Shown here: positions 37,553 to 47,890 of the stretch, in pieces
Layout: every line of letters begins with the position of its first letter
Position numbering within the stretch: the stretch's first letter is position 1
Sequence record: NC_019929.1
Direction: 5' to 3' (one strand)
Length of the DNA: 64,000 nucleotides
Position numbers and translations under genes: made by a program
The notes under the pieces: model-generated
The model's input: the letters and a program-made list of their open reading frames with translations, nothing else
The model's database searches: none
Told to the model about the DNA's origin: nothing

Positions 37553-38127
37553 CAATTGTTACGCGCCCGTGGTACGACGGTTTCAAACGTGCTGCACAAC
37601 TTACCGCCGAAGACGCCTTCACGTTGCTGAAAGCCGGTGCGGAGAGCGTGCAGACCAATCCTGATTACGTTGAGCCGCCAGAAGGTGAAGAACCTGCGGT
37701 GCAGCCAACGTACGTGGATTACAATGAGTGGTTCGCGACCAACCATGAATTCTACGACGCCCTGAACTCGGCGTTCGGTGATGATGAAGACGAAGGTCTG
37801 GAGTTCGACTGGAACATCAACCTGGCGTTGCTGTGGATTCTGGGCTTACGTCCACACATCGACGACACCGAAGCGGGCCACGTACTGACCTGGCGTCCGG
37901 TAGCCGGTTACAACCGTGAGCAGACGTTTAAAGAAGCGTATATGGCTGTCACGGTTGAACTGCAAACGATGTGGTTCGGCGACAGCGAATACTGCCAACG
38001 CTCTTTCCTGACCATTCTGGAAAAGCTTGGTCGTTGTCACAAACTGTGGCGCTCGGAAACTGCACCGGAGCACCTGTTTGTTCTGGAATACGCCGTGATT
38101 CCAAACGAGCCGTTCTTCGATAAGTAA
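37549..38127 (+). CDS. Hypothetical protein
   Basis: 192 aa, TTG start with AAGGAG. Confidence 0.75.
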   Translation: MTIVTRPWYDGFKRAAQLTAEDAFTLLKAGAESVQTNPDYVEPPEGEEPAVQPTYVDYNEWFATNHEFYDALNSAFGDDEDEGLEFDWNINLALLWILGLRPHIDDTEAGHVLTWRPVAGYNREQTFKEAYMAVTVELQTMWFGDSEYCQRSFLTILEKLGRCHKLWRSETAPEHLFVLEYAVIPNEPFFDK

Positions 38128-38133
38128 TACCCA

Positions 38134-38166
38134 CCCCTACCCATGTGGTAGGGGCTCTCTTATTTT
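38134..38166 (+). terminator. Probable intrinsic terminator
   Basis: CCCCTACC-CATGT-GGTAGGGG plus T-rich tract. Confidence 0.6.
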
Positions 38167-38238
38167 AATCGCATCAACAGCTTAATATTTACAAACCAAC
38201 CACTTAATCTGAATAAACCAATCCCACTTAAGGATAAT

Positions 38239-39468
38239 GTGATGAAATTCCCAATTACCGTACTGAACGATTTAGCCAAGAAACTGCGTAGCCGTGAAGT
38301 GTCCGCACGCAACCCGGAACTGACTGCCTACACCAACGCACTGATTCATCAGAATCATGCAGGTGACAACCCGCTGGTATCCTCTGACTTCACCCAGGAG
38401 CAGTTCGCGTTACTGGCGGGCGAAGGTGATTTCGAATATTATTTCCCACTGCCGTATGCGCGTACGCATGTCTGCGAGCCTTCAAATTCACTCCAGTTCA
38501 ACGATCTGCCGCCGATTGTGTTGGGGTCGTTCGCCGATTTCTTCGGCCTGGGTGGTTATACCGGCCCACGCTGGTCTATCGTAGCGCAGGGCGACGACGG
38601 TAAATATTACCTGCTGGCGTCAGAAGACGAACACGCCTTTGAGCCAGGTGTACTGATCCGTGAAGCAGCAACACCTAACGCAGCTGTGCGTGTGGGACAT
38701 GCACACATTTACGGTGCCCACGTTGTTTACGAAGTGAAAAACTGGAACGCCGCGGCGCTCATCCTGGGTGACAACCAGAACCCTGGTGTGGAAATCACCC
38801 GCCATCGCGCGCCTTTGGCCATGATGGGGATGAATCTGTCTGATGCCGGTGGTGACGACACCGCCGATGCGGCGGGCACTGACGACACGCGTGAATACGC
38901 ACCGCGTGAAGAGTGTGAGCGTATCGCGAACATCGACTTCACTAAACTCTTCTCGGTGGGTCAGTCAGGTAACGCTAAACTGCTGCCGTTTACCATCAGT
39001 GGCGAAACCTCTTGGCAGGACTTTGTTCAGTATTGCGAACAGAACCTGCTGAACCACTGGGACTTCACGCTGAAACTTCCGTTCCCGGAAGACGACGGTG
39101 ATGCTCCCGATTTCGGTGTAAACGCTAACGGTAGTTTCACTAGCGCCGAGTCAAAACGTGACCAGCCACTGATTCTGGAAACGTTGCACGACATCGAACG
39201 CACCTTCGTGGCTGACGAAGTGTTCGAAGCACTGAACCTGAAAATCGATGCAGCAACCCCACCGATCTCTGTGGCGGGTATTATTGGTCGTCTGATGACT
39301 ATTGAAGACGAAACGGTCGAAGTTCACCTGAACGAAGACGAGATGCAGGCTCAGGCGAAGGTCATGAAAGTGCTGAACGTTGAAGCGATTGTGAAAGAAG
39401 TGCTCGCACTGCCGAAGTCTAAGCGTACGCCTAAGAACATCAAGGCCATCGCTGTAAACTACGCGTAA
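38239..39468 (+). CDS. Hypothetical acidic protein
   Basis: 409-aa ORF, AAGGA upstream. Confidence 0.8.
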   Translation: MMKFPITVLNDLAKKLRSREVSARNPELTAYTNALIHQNHAGDNPLVSSDFTQEQFALLAGEGDFEYYFPLPYARTHVCEPSNSLQFNDLPPIVLGSFADFFGLGGYTGPRWSIVAQGDDGKYYLLASEDEHAFEPGVLIREAATPNAAVRVGHAHIYGAHVVYEVKNWNAAALILGDNQNPGVEITRHRAPLAMMGMNLSDAGGDDTADAAGTDDTREYAPREECERIANIDFTKLFSVGQSGNAKLLPFTISGETSWQDFVQYCEQNLLNHWDFTLKLPFPEDDGDAPDFGVNANGSFTSAESKRDQPLILETLHDIERTFVADEVFEALNLKIDAATPPISVAGIIGRLMTIEDETVEVHLNEDEMQAQAKVMKVLNVEAIVKEVLALPKSKRTPKNIKAIAVNYA

Positions 39469-39484
39469 GCAAATAAAATAAAGG

Positions 39485-39520
39485 CTACCTACTCCTTCGG
39501 GAGTAGGTAGTTCTTTTTTT
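39485..39520. terminator. Bidirectional intrinsic terminator
   Basis: CTACCTACTCC-TTCG-GGAGTAGGTAG with flanking A and T tracts, between convergent genes. Confidence 0.85.
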
Positions 39521-39523
39521 CTT

Positions 39524-40147
39524 TTAATTCGCTAACCCGTTGGCTTGCAGAATTTCCAACATCGCCGCATTGAGTGCTTTGAGTTTGGCGTTCTCCTGCT
39601 GTGCGGAAACCAACTGCTCAGAAACCGGTGTGGTATTACGAATCTTCGCTTTCCGCACCGCCTCCATTTGCAAGTGATTCTCCTCGGTCACTGTCCCTTC
39701 ATAATCCATTGACGTGATATCAATAATTGGGTCAATGCCTAAGCCTGCGGTGATGATGTTCTTCACATCTTCCGAGATGGTCGTTGGGTCGACATAACTC
39801 GGAATGAACGCCAGGTCAATCACCATGACATTACGCTTGTACTCTAAGCCATTAATCCCTGGATACGACTCGATATACGTATCCGGAATATAGACGACTT
39901 GACCGTCACGCGATTTCAGGGTAAGGATAGACCCGCCAACATTTGCATCCGCCAGGTATGCTTCACGTCCTAAACCAACAGGCAAGTAATACTTGTTGTA
40001 GACGTCTTCTTTCCGGTCAACCAGTTCAGGGAAGGTGCGCACCGCTTCGACAGTATAGATAACGTCTTCAGCAATCGCGAACGGTTCCTTAACTTTGAAC
40101 AGACCGGTAGTGTTAACGGTAACGACAACCGGTAATAACGTGGCCAT
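39524..40147 (-). CDS. Hypothetical protein, probable virion protein
   Basis: 207 aa, AAGGAG upstream; minus strand like the structural genes. Confidence 0.65.
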   Translation of the reverse strand: MATLLPVVVTVNTTGLFKVKEPFAIAEDVIYTVEAVRTFPELVDRKEDVYNKYYLPVGLGREAYLADANVGGSILTLKSRDGQVVYIPDTYIESYPGINGLEYKRNVMVIDLAFIPSYVDPTTISEDVKNIITAGLGIDPIIDITSMDYEGTVTEENHLQMEAVRKAKIRNTTPVSEQLVSAQQENAKLKALNAAMLEILQANGLAN

Positions 40148-40156
40148 TTAATCTCC

Positions 40157-41536
40157 TTACGGTGTTGTGTCTTCCCACACCGCTTTACGGGCAAGCACAC
40201 GGTACTCAACGTTGTCGTACTCGAACACGTAGAAGTAAATCTCCGGGTTCGCGTCATCGACCAGTTTCACGATGTCCAAATCCGTCTGATACGGATGGTA
40301 CTCTTCGGCCGCGATTAACGCTTTGAAGAACAACTCGTACCATTCGGTGGTTGCTTTTGACATCCGGGCAATGTCCGGGTTAGTCGTGGCAATCAACGCG
40401 TAGTCAGGAATGGTTTCGTGCAACGTGGCTTTGCGCGTGTCGTTTTCAGGGCCAGAAATAACCACACCATTTAACGACTTATAGATGCTCGGCAAGTCCG
40501 TCACGTCAGTGGTGGGCTTCGGAATCACACCACTATTTTTGTCGGAAACCGTCAGTGCCTCCCACTCCCCAAACTTGCTGATTGCTTTGACCCAGAAATC
40601 ATATGGGAGGATGGGGGAGTATTGCGCTGCGATATCTTCCTCGTTCGGGATACCGCGGATTTTCCAGCCCGGCACGATAGTGAATTTCGTGGTGGTGAAA
40701 ATCTCGGGAAACACTTTAACGCCGAGTGGCACTGTAAAACTGGAGTTCGCTAAAATGTAATCACGTAACGCTTGTTTAATGCGGCTAGGGTTCTTCCCAG
40801 CGCGACCATAGATGATGACCGACATCGGAATAATCAGTGTCGCTTCATAATCTTCCTGGTCATGCCACGTATAATAATTCGTCTGAATATTGGTATACGG
40901 GAAGCCGTCCATAAGCTCATTAATCTTCTTATGGTGATCGGAAAGGTTAAAACTTTCCATCGCTTTTTCGACTACTGACTTCACAGCTAAAAACGTATCG
41001 ACCGGTAAAATCGGCATTTGGACTTCAATCTCAAAGCCGGTATAGTTCTGATCGAAATCTTCATCAGCAAACCAAACAATGATTTGGTTACTAACGTCGG
41101 TTGGGTCTTGCAGTTTACCTGCCGTCGTTTCCAGTTTCCAACTGACCCAGCGTGGGAACCAGTTGCTATTCGTCTGGACCATCGCCCCAGACTGAACACC
41201 GCTGATGGTGTTTTGGAACTGTCCAACCAGCAGTCGCTGGAATTCGATTTCATCGTTCTTCAAATTACCCAGGATGGCTTGATTGTAAATCCACTGAGTA
41301 ACGGTAAGAATATGGTCGGAAAACTCGGACGGCACCACAACCGTCGCTTCATCTCGCTTAGATGTAAACGTGACCAACTCCACCTGCAAATTGGATTTCG
41401 CAAACGTTTGTTTACTCTTAGCGTAGGATTTTGTCAGTTCGGACAGCTCACCCACCGGAGCGGTGACGCCGTCCACGTTGTCAAACAGAGCCGGTATCTG
41501 AATAAAGCCTTGTAAATCTAACATAATTAAAAACAC
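40157..41536 (-). CDS. Hypothetical protein, probable virion structural protein
   Basis: 459-aa ORF coupled to the 207-aa gene; start 41536 or 41524. Confidence 0.7.
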   Translation of the reverse strand: MFLIMLDLQGFIQIPALFDNVDGVTAPVGELSELTKSYAKSKQTFAKSNLQVELVTFTSKRDEATVVVPSEFSDHILTVTQWIYNQAILGNLKNDEIEFQRLLVGQFQNTISGVQSGAMVQTNSNWFPRWVSWKLETTAGKLQDPTDVSNQIIVWFADEDFDQNYTGFEIEVQMPILPVDTFLAVKSVVEKAMESFNLSDHHKKINELMDGFPYTNIQTNYYTWHDQEDYEATLIIPMSVIIYGRAGKNPSRIKQALRDYILANSSFTVPLGVKVFPEIFTTTKFTIVPGWKIRGIPNEEDIAAQYSPILPYDFWVKAISKFGEWEALTVSDKNSGVIPKPTTDVTDLPSIYKSLNGVVISGPENDTRKATLHETIPDYALIATTNPDIARMSKATTEWYELFFKALIAAEEYHPYQTDLDIVKLVDDANPEIYFYVFEYDNVEYRVLARKAVWEDTTP

Positions 41537-41542
41537 TCCGAG

Positions 41543-42046
41543 GTGAGCATGATAGCATCGTTTATCAAACTGCTTCCATTCTTGCAGATGCTATTGGAAG
41601 CTTTTAAACCGGGAGAAGGAGAGCAGGTCACCCGAGCTGGCAAAATTCTGACACTTGTTATCGTGGCACTTATTGCTTTTTCAGGCTTTGTCTCCTATGC
41701 CTATGTGGTTCAGTACCATGCACTAATCAGTGTGCAATCACATGATCAATACCTGGATTTGTCGTATAAAGAGTTAAAAGAGAAAGCGGACAAGCTCGGT
41801 GAGGAAAATGCCAAGCTGTACGACAGACTCTTTACCTGTCTTGGGCAAAGGCCGCCATATGAAGGCGACCATGCCAAGGATGAACCTGAGAAAAAACCAG
41901 AAGTGCCCGTAGCACCGACGGTTCCGGAAACGCCGGTCCACGCGGCTACACCTCCGGTTAAGAAGCAACAGGCGGCACAGCGTCCCGTGGGAGTACAAGA
42001 CGCGAACGAGTTCCGCCAAGAGATTCTTAGAACCCTCAATCAGTAG
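41543..42046 (+). CDS. Inner-membrane-anchored coiled-coil protein; candidate i-spanin
   Basis: Single TM near the N-terminus, coiled coil, Pro-rich linker; followed by a lipoprotein gene. Confidence 0.45.
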   Translation: MSMIASFIKLLPFLQMLLEAFKPGEGEQVTRAGKILTLVIVALIAFSGFVSYAYVVQYHALISVQSHDQYLDLSYKELKEKADKLGEENAKLYDRLFTCLGQRPPYEGDHAKDEPEKKPEVPVAPTVPETPVHAATPPVKKQQAAQRPVGVQDANEFRQEILRTLNQ

Positions 42047-42055
42047 GAGTCAACG

Positions 42056-42526
42056 ATGAAAGTTTTGCTGTTGGTTGGTGTGATGTTGCTTGTTGGGTGT
42101 AACATCGCACAACGTAACAGCGCTACGGTGCAAACCTCAACCGGCTGGCCTTTCCGGCAGCTGGATGAGCCACCTAAAGCACCGACGAATGTGTCTGGGG
42201 CAGCGGGGGATTTGGCCAAGAAACTTTATGTGGCCGATGTAAACGCGTACGCTTATTACGTTTACTTATATGCTAAGTCCTTGAACAACTACGCGGAGAC
42301 TCAAGGATGGCATCCGCCGATGGTTGCGCCTTTGTGCGAAGAGTTTATTTATCCCGAGGTACACGATATTCCGATGTCCATTGTTTTGGACGAACGTGCA
42401 CGTACGCCTCAAGCCATCAGCCGTGATTTGTCACGTCAGCTGAAGGTGTTGCTGATTAATTACCGTAACGATCGTAAAGCGGTTAAAGAAGCAGCATTGG
42501 CCCATAAAGCCACCTGTCTGAACTGA
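42056..42526 (+). CDS. Lipoprotein; candidate o-spanin
   Basis: MKVLLLVGVMLLVGC lipobox; Pro-rich mature region. Confidence 0.55.
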   Translation: MKVLLLVGVMLLVGCNIAQRNSATVQTSTGWPFRQLDEPPKAPTNVSGAAGDLAKKLYVADVNAYAYYVYLYAKSLNNYAETQGWHPPMVAPLCEEFIYPEVHDIPMSIVLDERARTPQAISRDLSRQLKVLLINYRNDRKAVKEAALAHKATCLN

Positions 42527-42530
42527 GTCA

Positions 42531-42570
42531 GTCCTCCTATGCCTTCGGGTGTAGGAGGACGCTCTTTTTT
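42531..42570 (+). terminator. Intrinsic terminator
   Basis: GTCCTCCTATGCC-TTCG-GGTGTAGGAGGAC plus T-tract. Confidence 0.8.
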
Positions 42571-42609
42571 AACGTTTTTAGCCATCCTAATGTAACCCCT
42601 TATAAGGAA

Positions 42610-43356
42610 TTGAAAATCATGCTGCCAATCTATCCCAAGCCATATATGCCGACCATGCCCTCGATTGTTGTGGGGGCGGATGTTGAAACCCAATCCTTGC
42701 GTGACGATGCGTATATCATCGCCATGGGCCTTGTAGGCTTTGATATTCCGACCATGAAAATGGTAGGGTCGTTCTACAAGACGATTGACCCGAAAGATCC
42801 AAAGGCGATGGAAATCTTTCATATCGACCCATCAACGTTAGGTTGGTGGGAAGGTAAAGATAACCCGGATTACGCCCCGACTGAGCAGGCCCGTATTGAA
42901 GCCTTCTCAGGTACGGAAAAAATCGACCAGGTATTGTGGGAAGCGAAAAAGTGGCTGGACACCATTTCGGCCAACCACGAAATCGTCATTACCATGCGCG
43001 GGCCGGAATTCGACAGCCCGAAAATCATGAACGCGTTCCAGCAGTGCGATGTGCCTGCGGGCAAGTTCCGGAAGTTCTCTATTCTGGATTCTGACCGTAC
43101 CACTGAGCGACTGGCTCACGCGTTTGGCCTGGTGCCGAATCACACCGCAGAAGCCCATCACTGGACACGCGGTAAAGACGCCTACGAACACAATGCCGGT
43201 TTCGATGCAGCAAAAGAAGCGTACTGTACCGCTCGCATGTATCACCTCGCGCTCGTGGCGAAAACTTACGGCTTCGAAAGAATGCTGGAATGCCACAACG
43301 AGATGTGCAGCGGCGAATACGTTGCTCCGCAGTTGAGAAACCAGTTACAAGCTTAA
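42610..43356 (+). CDS. DEDDh 3'-5' exonuclease (DUF5051/Rv2179c-like)
   Basis: ADVETQSL (ExoI), TLGWW, RGPEFD (ExoII), HNAGFDA (ExoIII). Confidence 0.82.
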   Translation: MKIMLPIYPKPYMPTMPSIVVGADVETQSLRDDAYIIAMGLVGFDIPTMKMVGSFYKTIDPKDPKAMEIFHIDPSTLGWWEGKDNPDYAPTEQARIEAFSGTEKIDQVLWEAKKWLDTISANHEIVITMRGPEFDSPKIMNAFQQCDVPAGKFRKFSILDSDRTTERLAHAFGLVPNHTAEAHHWTRGKDAYEHNAGFDAAKEAYCTARMYHLALVAKTYGFERMLECHNEMCSGEYVAPQLRNQLQA

Positions 43357-43366
43357 GAGAATAAGA

Positions 43367-44878
43367 ATGAGAGACGTCGATGTAGCTGTTATCTACACAG
43401 ACGGTAGCCACACATCTGCCCCGGTTGGTACCGGGGCAGGTATTCACGGTTACCTGTTTAACCACGGAGACTTGGAGCCGGATCACGGTTATCGTCACCC
43501 AAGTATCTCGGAAGCCATCACAACAGGAGGTTATAAGCAAGTTCCGAAAGACACCAAACTTCCGGACGTGCCTGAGTCTGTACAGTTCGTCGACGCTGTG
43601 GTACCGGTACCCAAAGAATTCTATTCTGACGTGGGTGAGTTAATTGCTTTCCTGACGTTGTTCGAGAGCGCACCGTTTCAGGCGCGCAATTACGTCATCT
43701 TCGTGGACGCCACGTATGTACTGAACACGTACAACGATTGGATTGACGGTTGGGCCAGGAACGGTTGGCGTCGTGCAGACGGCACCCCGATTGCTAACGT
43801 CGAGCTTATCAAACGTATCTGGGAAGTGAAGCAACGCCTTAAAAAGGAAGGTCGTGGTGTTAAGCTTCTTAAAATCAAAGGTCACTCTGGACGATACGGG
43901 AATGACCGTGCTGATGAAATGGCGCGTAAAGGCTCTGCAATCTCTGCAACCGGTGAAGGGGTCATGTACCAAGCCTATTGGTCACAAGACGAACTGCCGC
44001 AGTGTGCGGAACCGGAAGTCGTAGGCGCGGGTAACAACATGGCGGCGTATTCGCCGATTTGCACCATGAAGTATTGCTATCCGGTTGTTGAGGAAACACC
44101 ACCGACGGCCGAGGTCAAGGGTGAGACGTTCCACTATATGTTCGGGGGCAACCACGCAAAGAACAAAGACGACTTGGTGTTTATTGGGAAGATGATTCCC
44201 GAAGCCCACTTCGCGGTGCTCTTTACGAAAGAACCCTGGGACAACGTGTACACCATTGTGAACGCGCACAATCAGGAAGCCTGGGATAACGTACCGGTTC
44301 AACGACGTTATCAACCGGTCGCGGTACTGAACAACGAATTCGTCAAGCGTAAGAAGTTTGCCGAAGCGGCGAAAGACGGTATTCCGGTTTCGCAAATGCG
44401 GTTCAGTGAAGACAAGAACGTCTGGTTCTTTGATGACCTGGCCATTTCGCGAATGCTGCGTCCGCCGTTGTTGTCGTATCGGGCGTTGAAGATTCGTGAC
44501 GAGTTGGCGGGGTGGTTAAACGACTGTCTGACCGAACAGCCACGGGTGGTGATGAACGACATTACCGATATGCTGTATGACGAAAACGGCAAGCCACGCA
44601 AAGACTTCTACCGCTCGGTTGACCGTAGTTTCGACGTGCAGTTGAAAATCCCAGCGGGCAAAGTTGAGATTCCGATTATCCTCACGCGTTCAATCGACAT
44701 CCCTTCGCGTACGGAGCTGAACCGTATCAAAGAACCGGAAGGGCGTTTCTACGTGGCCGTAACGCGTCCACAGGAACGCTACATCGAGTATGCGATTGTG
44801 TATGTTGGGAAAGAGTATCATGGGTTGTGGTGTGCGTACTACGCCAACAAACGCATCCTGAACGACAAAGAGGTGTAA
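43367..44878 (+). CDS. rnhA: Ribonuclease HI with long C-terminal extension
   Basis: IYTDGS, FVDATYV..W..NGW, KIKGHSG..GNDRADEMARKG. Confidence 0.88.
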   Translation: MRDVDVAVIYTDGSHTSAPVGTGAGIHGYLFNHGDLEPDHGYRHPSISEAITTGGYKQVPKDTKLPDVPESVQFVDAVVPVPKEFYSDVGELIAFLTLFESAPFQARNYVIFVDATYVLNTYNDWIDGWARNGWRRADGTPIANVELIKRIWEVKQRLKKEGRGVKLLKIKGHSGRYGNDRADEMARKGSAISATGEGVMYQAYWSQDELPQCAEPEVVGAGNNMAAYSPICTMKYCYPVVEETPPTAEVKGETFHYMFGGNHAKNKDDLVFIGKMIPEAHFAVLFTKEPWDNVYTIVNAHNQEAWDNVPVQRRYQPVAVLNNEFVKRKKFAEAAKDGIPVSQMRFSEDKNVWFFDDLAISRMLRPPLLSYRALKIRDELAGWLNDCLTEQPRVVMNDITDMLYDENGKPRKDFYRSVDRSFDVQLKIPAGKVEIPIILTRSIDIPSRTELNRIKEPEGRFYVAVTRPQERYIEYAIVYVGKEYHGLWCAYYANKRILNDKEV

Positions 44879-44879
44879 G

Positions 44880-45614
44880 ATGAAGCGAATCGTGAGTGAG
44901 TCACTCACGCTCCACGCACAGAGCCTGATTAAGTGTGTAGAGAAGTATGGGTGGGATTCATGGTTAAGCCATTTACGCCTGATGGACGATACCGTCGAGC
45001 GTGATTGGGACAAACTGGAAGCAGTGGGTGCTGAGGCTGCTCGCGACGTTGTGGCTGAACTGGTAACGGATACCATTGCTCGATACAACGCCCGTTGCGA
45101 TGAACCCATTCCCAAAACTGTACCGCCCCAGATTCCGGCATTGCCAACCATTGACCGGCAAGCGTGCCGTATCTGGACGATGGAGGAGTTGTACGACGAG
45201 CACATCCGGATGCTTAAGCCGGACGTGTTAATCACCGGAGCATTGAACTGGTACCTCACCCGTTTCTGGTCTGAACTGTGCAATATCGGCAACGACTGGG
45301 ACAACGACCCGCAGCTTATCTGGTACGATCGCCAGCATTTCCATGAATCACTGAAAAGCGGCACAATTTGCCCGCTGTACGTCATTACCAGCCCGCAACA
45401 GCTGCACTTCATTACCGAGGCGGATACCTACGGTGGGTTGGTTGAGGCGGTTGCTGAGAAACCGATGGGGTTCTTTAAGCAGGGTGAAGCGTGGGTGCTG
45501 ACGGATGACATGGCCGGGTATCTGATTGACCCGGATGATTTGCATTCTGATGACGATGACTTTATCGAATATTGGGTGTTAACACCGGAAGCCCTTCAAA
45601 AAACTTTCAAATAG
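44880..45614 (+). CDS. Hypothetical protein
   Basis: 244 aa, GAGG upstream. Confidence 0.75.
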   Translation: MKRIVSESLTLHAQSLIKCVEKYGWDSWLSHLRLMDDTVERDWDKLEAVGAEAARDVVAELVTDTIARYNARCDEPIPKTVPPQIPALPTIDRQACRIWTMEELYDEHIRMLKPDVLITGALNWYLTRFWSELCNIGNDWDNDPQLIWYDRQHFHESLKSGTICPLYVITSPQQLHFITEADTYGGLVEAVAEKPMGFFKQGEAWVLTDDMAGYLIDPDDLHSDDDDFIEYWVLTPEALQKTFK

Positions 45615-45622
45615 ATATTATC
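45612..45622 (+). promoter_or_regulatory. Candidate early promoter AGATATTATC
   Basis: Recurrent motif; overlaps the upstream stop codon. Confidence 0.35.
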
Positions 45623-45654
45623 TGTACGACCAGCACCACCTTAAGGAGTATGTA

Positions 45655-46389
45655 ATGCTAAAGGTACAGGTGCCACAATTGCAGAAAATCAACCCCTCGT
45701 TATTCGAGGGGCTTTTCTTTAAATTTTGGCCTCACTATTTCCGTAATGAATTGCAGGGCAATCTGAACTGGGGACTGCTGCAAAGCGAGTTCTTTTATAC
45801 CGGTCAGAGTATTGCCATCGCGGTCTATTCCGGAATGCTGCGTGAGCTGTTCGACGCAGTTAATCTTGGACGGTCGCCTAACTTCCAGCGTCTGGATGTC
45901 GATTTAGCGATGCATTTCGACGCCTATGAAGCGGATGATGTCGGTACGCCATACGGGTTTGAAAACGATGTTGTAGAAAGTCAAATCTACGGGTGGTTAG
46001 ACAGCTATTCCACCTGGCTGATGTCAAATGAGATGTTAGTGAAAGTCACGCAGGTTTTCGAGGCAGTGTATAACGACTTGAAAATCATCAAAGAGCAACA
46101 CGGTCTCCTCGGCTACTGGTACGAGTTTTATACCACGGAATCTAAACTATGGGAATCCAACTCGTTTGCGATTGGGATTCAAGAAGGGGACTTTGAGGCT
46201 ATCTATTACGGTCCGTGGCAAGGTCACGCCGGTGATGAGTTTTATAACCGGATGGATGTCCATTCGTGGGAGTTCTTTTTATCCGACGGTAAGTTGTATT
46301 TGGAAGACGGGGCAACCCAGATTCCGGTCGGTCAGATGACGACAATGTGTCGACTGAATGACCTTGTAGGTAAGATGATAAACTTTTAA
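45655..46389 (+). CDS. Hypothetical protein
   Basis: 244 aa, AAGGAG upstream. Confidence 0.75.
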   Translation: MLKVQVPQLQKINPSLFEGLFFKFWPHYFRNELQGNLNWGLLQSEFFYTGQSIAIAVYSGMLRELFDAVNLGRSPNFQRLDVDLAMHFDAYEADDVGTPYGFENDVVESQIYGWLDSYSTWLMSNEMLVKVTQVFEAVYNDLKIIKEQHGLLGYWYEFYTTESKLWESNSFAIGIQEGDFEAIYYGPWQGHAGDEFYNRMDVHSWEFFLSDGKLYLEDGATQIPVGQMTTMCRLNDLVGKMINF

Positions 46390-46405
46390 CCCATTAGGAG
46401 CATGT

Positions 46406-46783
46406 ATGATTCACGCAGAAATGAAAGAACTGATTCAGAACAACCTGGACGCTGGCCTGGTACTCTACGTTGTTCATCCTGAACTGAAACAAGAATGGTT
46501 GCAGGGTCAAATGACTGACCTGCGTTGGGCCGTACTGGACACCGATGGTCGCACTTCCATTACCGACATGGGGCGGATGCTACGCCAAACCGCACTTGAA
46601 GCAAATAAGTTGGTACAAGTGCGCACCACACAAAACGAACCACATATCCGCTTTGCCAATGAAGCCGATGTAGTGGTTTTAGTTGGCTTCGCGGAAGAGA
46701 ACGTACCGTTCTTCGGTGAGAACGTCATTATCTCGAAGTTCCGTACTGTTCAAGAAATTCCCCGTAAAGTGTTCCCGATTTGA
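46406..46783 (+). CDS. Hypothetical protein
   Basis: 125 aa, AGGAG upstream. Confidence 0.75.
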   Translation: MIHAEMKELIQNNLDAGLVLYVVHPELKQEWLQGQMTDLRWAVLDTDGRTSITDMGRMLRQTALEANKLVQVRTTQNEPHIRFANEADVVVLVGFAEENVPFFGENVIISKFRTVQEIPRKVFPI

Positions 46784-47601
46784 AACGGGTCAAGATGTAC
46801 GCGTTGTTGATGCTGGATGATTGGTTCCAGCACCAAACGACGAACAAGAAAGCGGCGAAAATCGCGTACTTCGTCATGGGCAAAGTTATTAGTGAACTGC
46901 GTTGGGATCACTCGTCTTTCTTCGAGCAGTTACTGCGGGGATTGTGCCACGATTTCGACAACTGGGACTACAGCATTAAACGTAGCCTGTTGTTTGATGC
47001 TTGGTGGGAGGTCTCCGAAGAAAACGAATCGTGGTTTAAGCGCGATACCGAAGAAGCGAGTCGCATTATCACCAAAATGTTGTTCGACCCGTCTGACCCT
47101 CGGCAGTTGCGGATTCATAACCGCATGTACCAGATGGGTGAGAACTGGTTGTGGGCCACGCAGGAAGTCGCTGCGGCTTTAGACAGTCCGGTTTCGCTTG
47201 CCTCCTACGAAGACCTACAAGCACACAACTTGTGGTTCGGAGGGGAGGAAGAAGAGTACGGCGATGCTGTTGTGGAGCTGTATCTCTATCCTGAGGATGA
47301 AGATTGGCCTGCACTCATTGCCAAGTACCCCACCGAAGACTACGTCTGGTTGGTACGGGGTGTATTCTGGGAACCGGTGCTCGATGTGGTGTGCCACAAA
47401 GGGGTGACGATTCTCGACCGGTCAGTGATAGTGCAGCAGATGATTAGGAATATCGGTTATGATGACGGTTTACAGTCAGTCTTTGCTCGAAGTTCAGAAA
47501 TGGTTCGAGACCTGCGAGACAACATCGAGACGGGGAACTCTCTATCTCCTGATAGCGGAACTGATGATCAACAGCACGCTGACGATAATCAGCAAAGTTG
47601 A
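46780..47601 (+). CDS. Hypothetical acidic Trp-rich protein
   Basis: 273 aa, overlapping start/stop. Confidence 0.7.
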   Translation: MKRVKMYALLMLDDWFQHQTTNKKAAKIAYFVMGKVISELRWDHSSFFEQLLRGLCHDFDNWDYSIKRSLLFDAWWEVSEENESWFKRDTEEASRIITKMLFDPSDPRQLRIHNRMYQMGENWLWATQEVAAALDSPVSLASYEDLQAHNLWFGGEEEEYGDAVVELYLYPEDEDWPALIAKYPTEDYVWLVRGVFWEPVLDVVCHKGVTILDRSVIVQQMIRNIGYDDGLQSVFARSSEMVRDLRDNIETGNSLSPDSGTDDQQHADDNQQS

Positions 47602-47890
47602 TAAGCAGGTCGACTTCACGCCGGGCGAATACCGTGAGGTATTAGAGGCGTTGAAAGAGAAGTATCGGGGAATGGCAGACGCGGATATGTGGCGGGAGGC
47701 GGATAAGCATTTTACTAACCTGCTCTCCGCCCAGCCCCGTTTAATCGAGCAGTTTCTGAAAGAGCTGATTAGCACTAACCATCACGGTGTTGGCATGGTG
47801 TACAATGCTAAAGACCTGGTGAGTTGTTGTTATCGCCTGCGGCAACCGGCGGATGTTGTAATTGATAACTTGGCCTTAAGGAGTATGTAA
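47564..47890 (+). CDS. Hypothetical protein (108 aa)
   Basis: ATG 47564 after GCGGA; start uncertain. Confidence 0.6.
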   Translation: MINSTLTIISKVDKQVDFTPGEYREVLEALKEKYRGMADADMWREADKHFTNLLSAQPRLIEQFLKELISTNHHGVGMVYNAKDLVSCCYRLRQPADVVIDNLALRSM

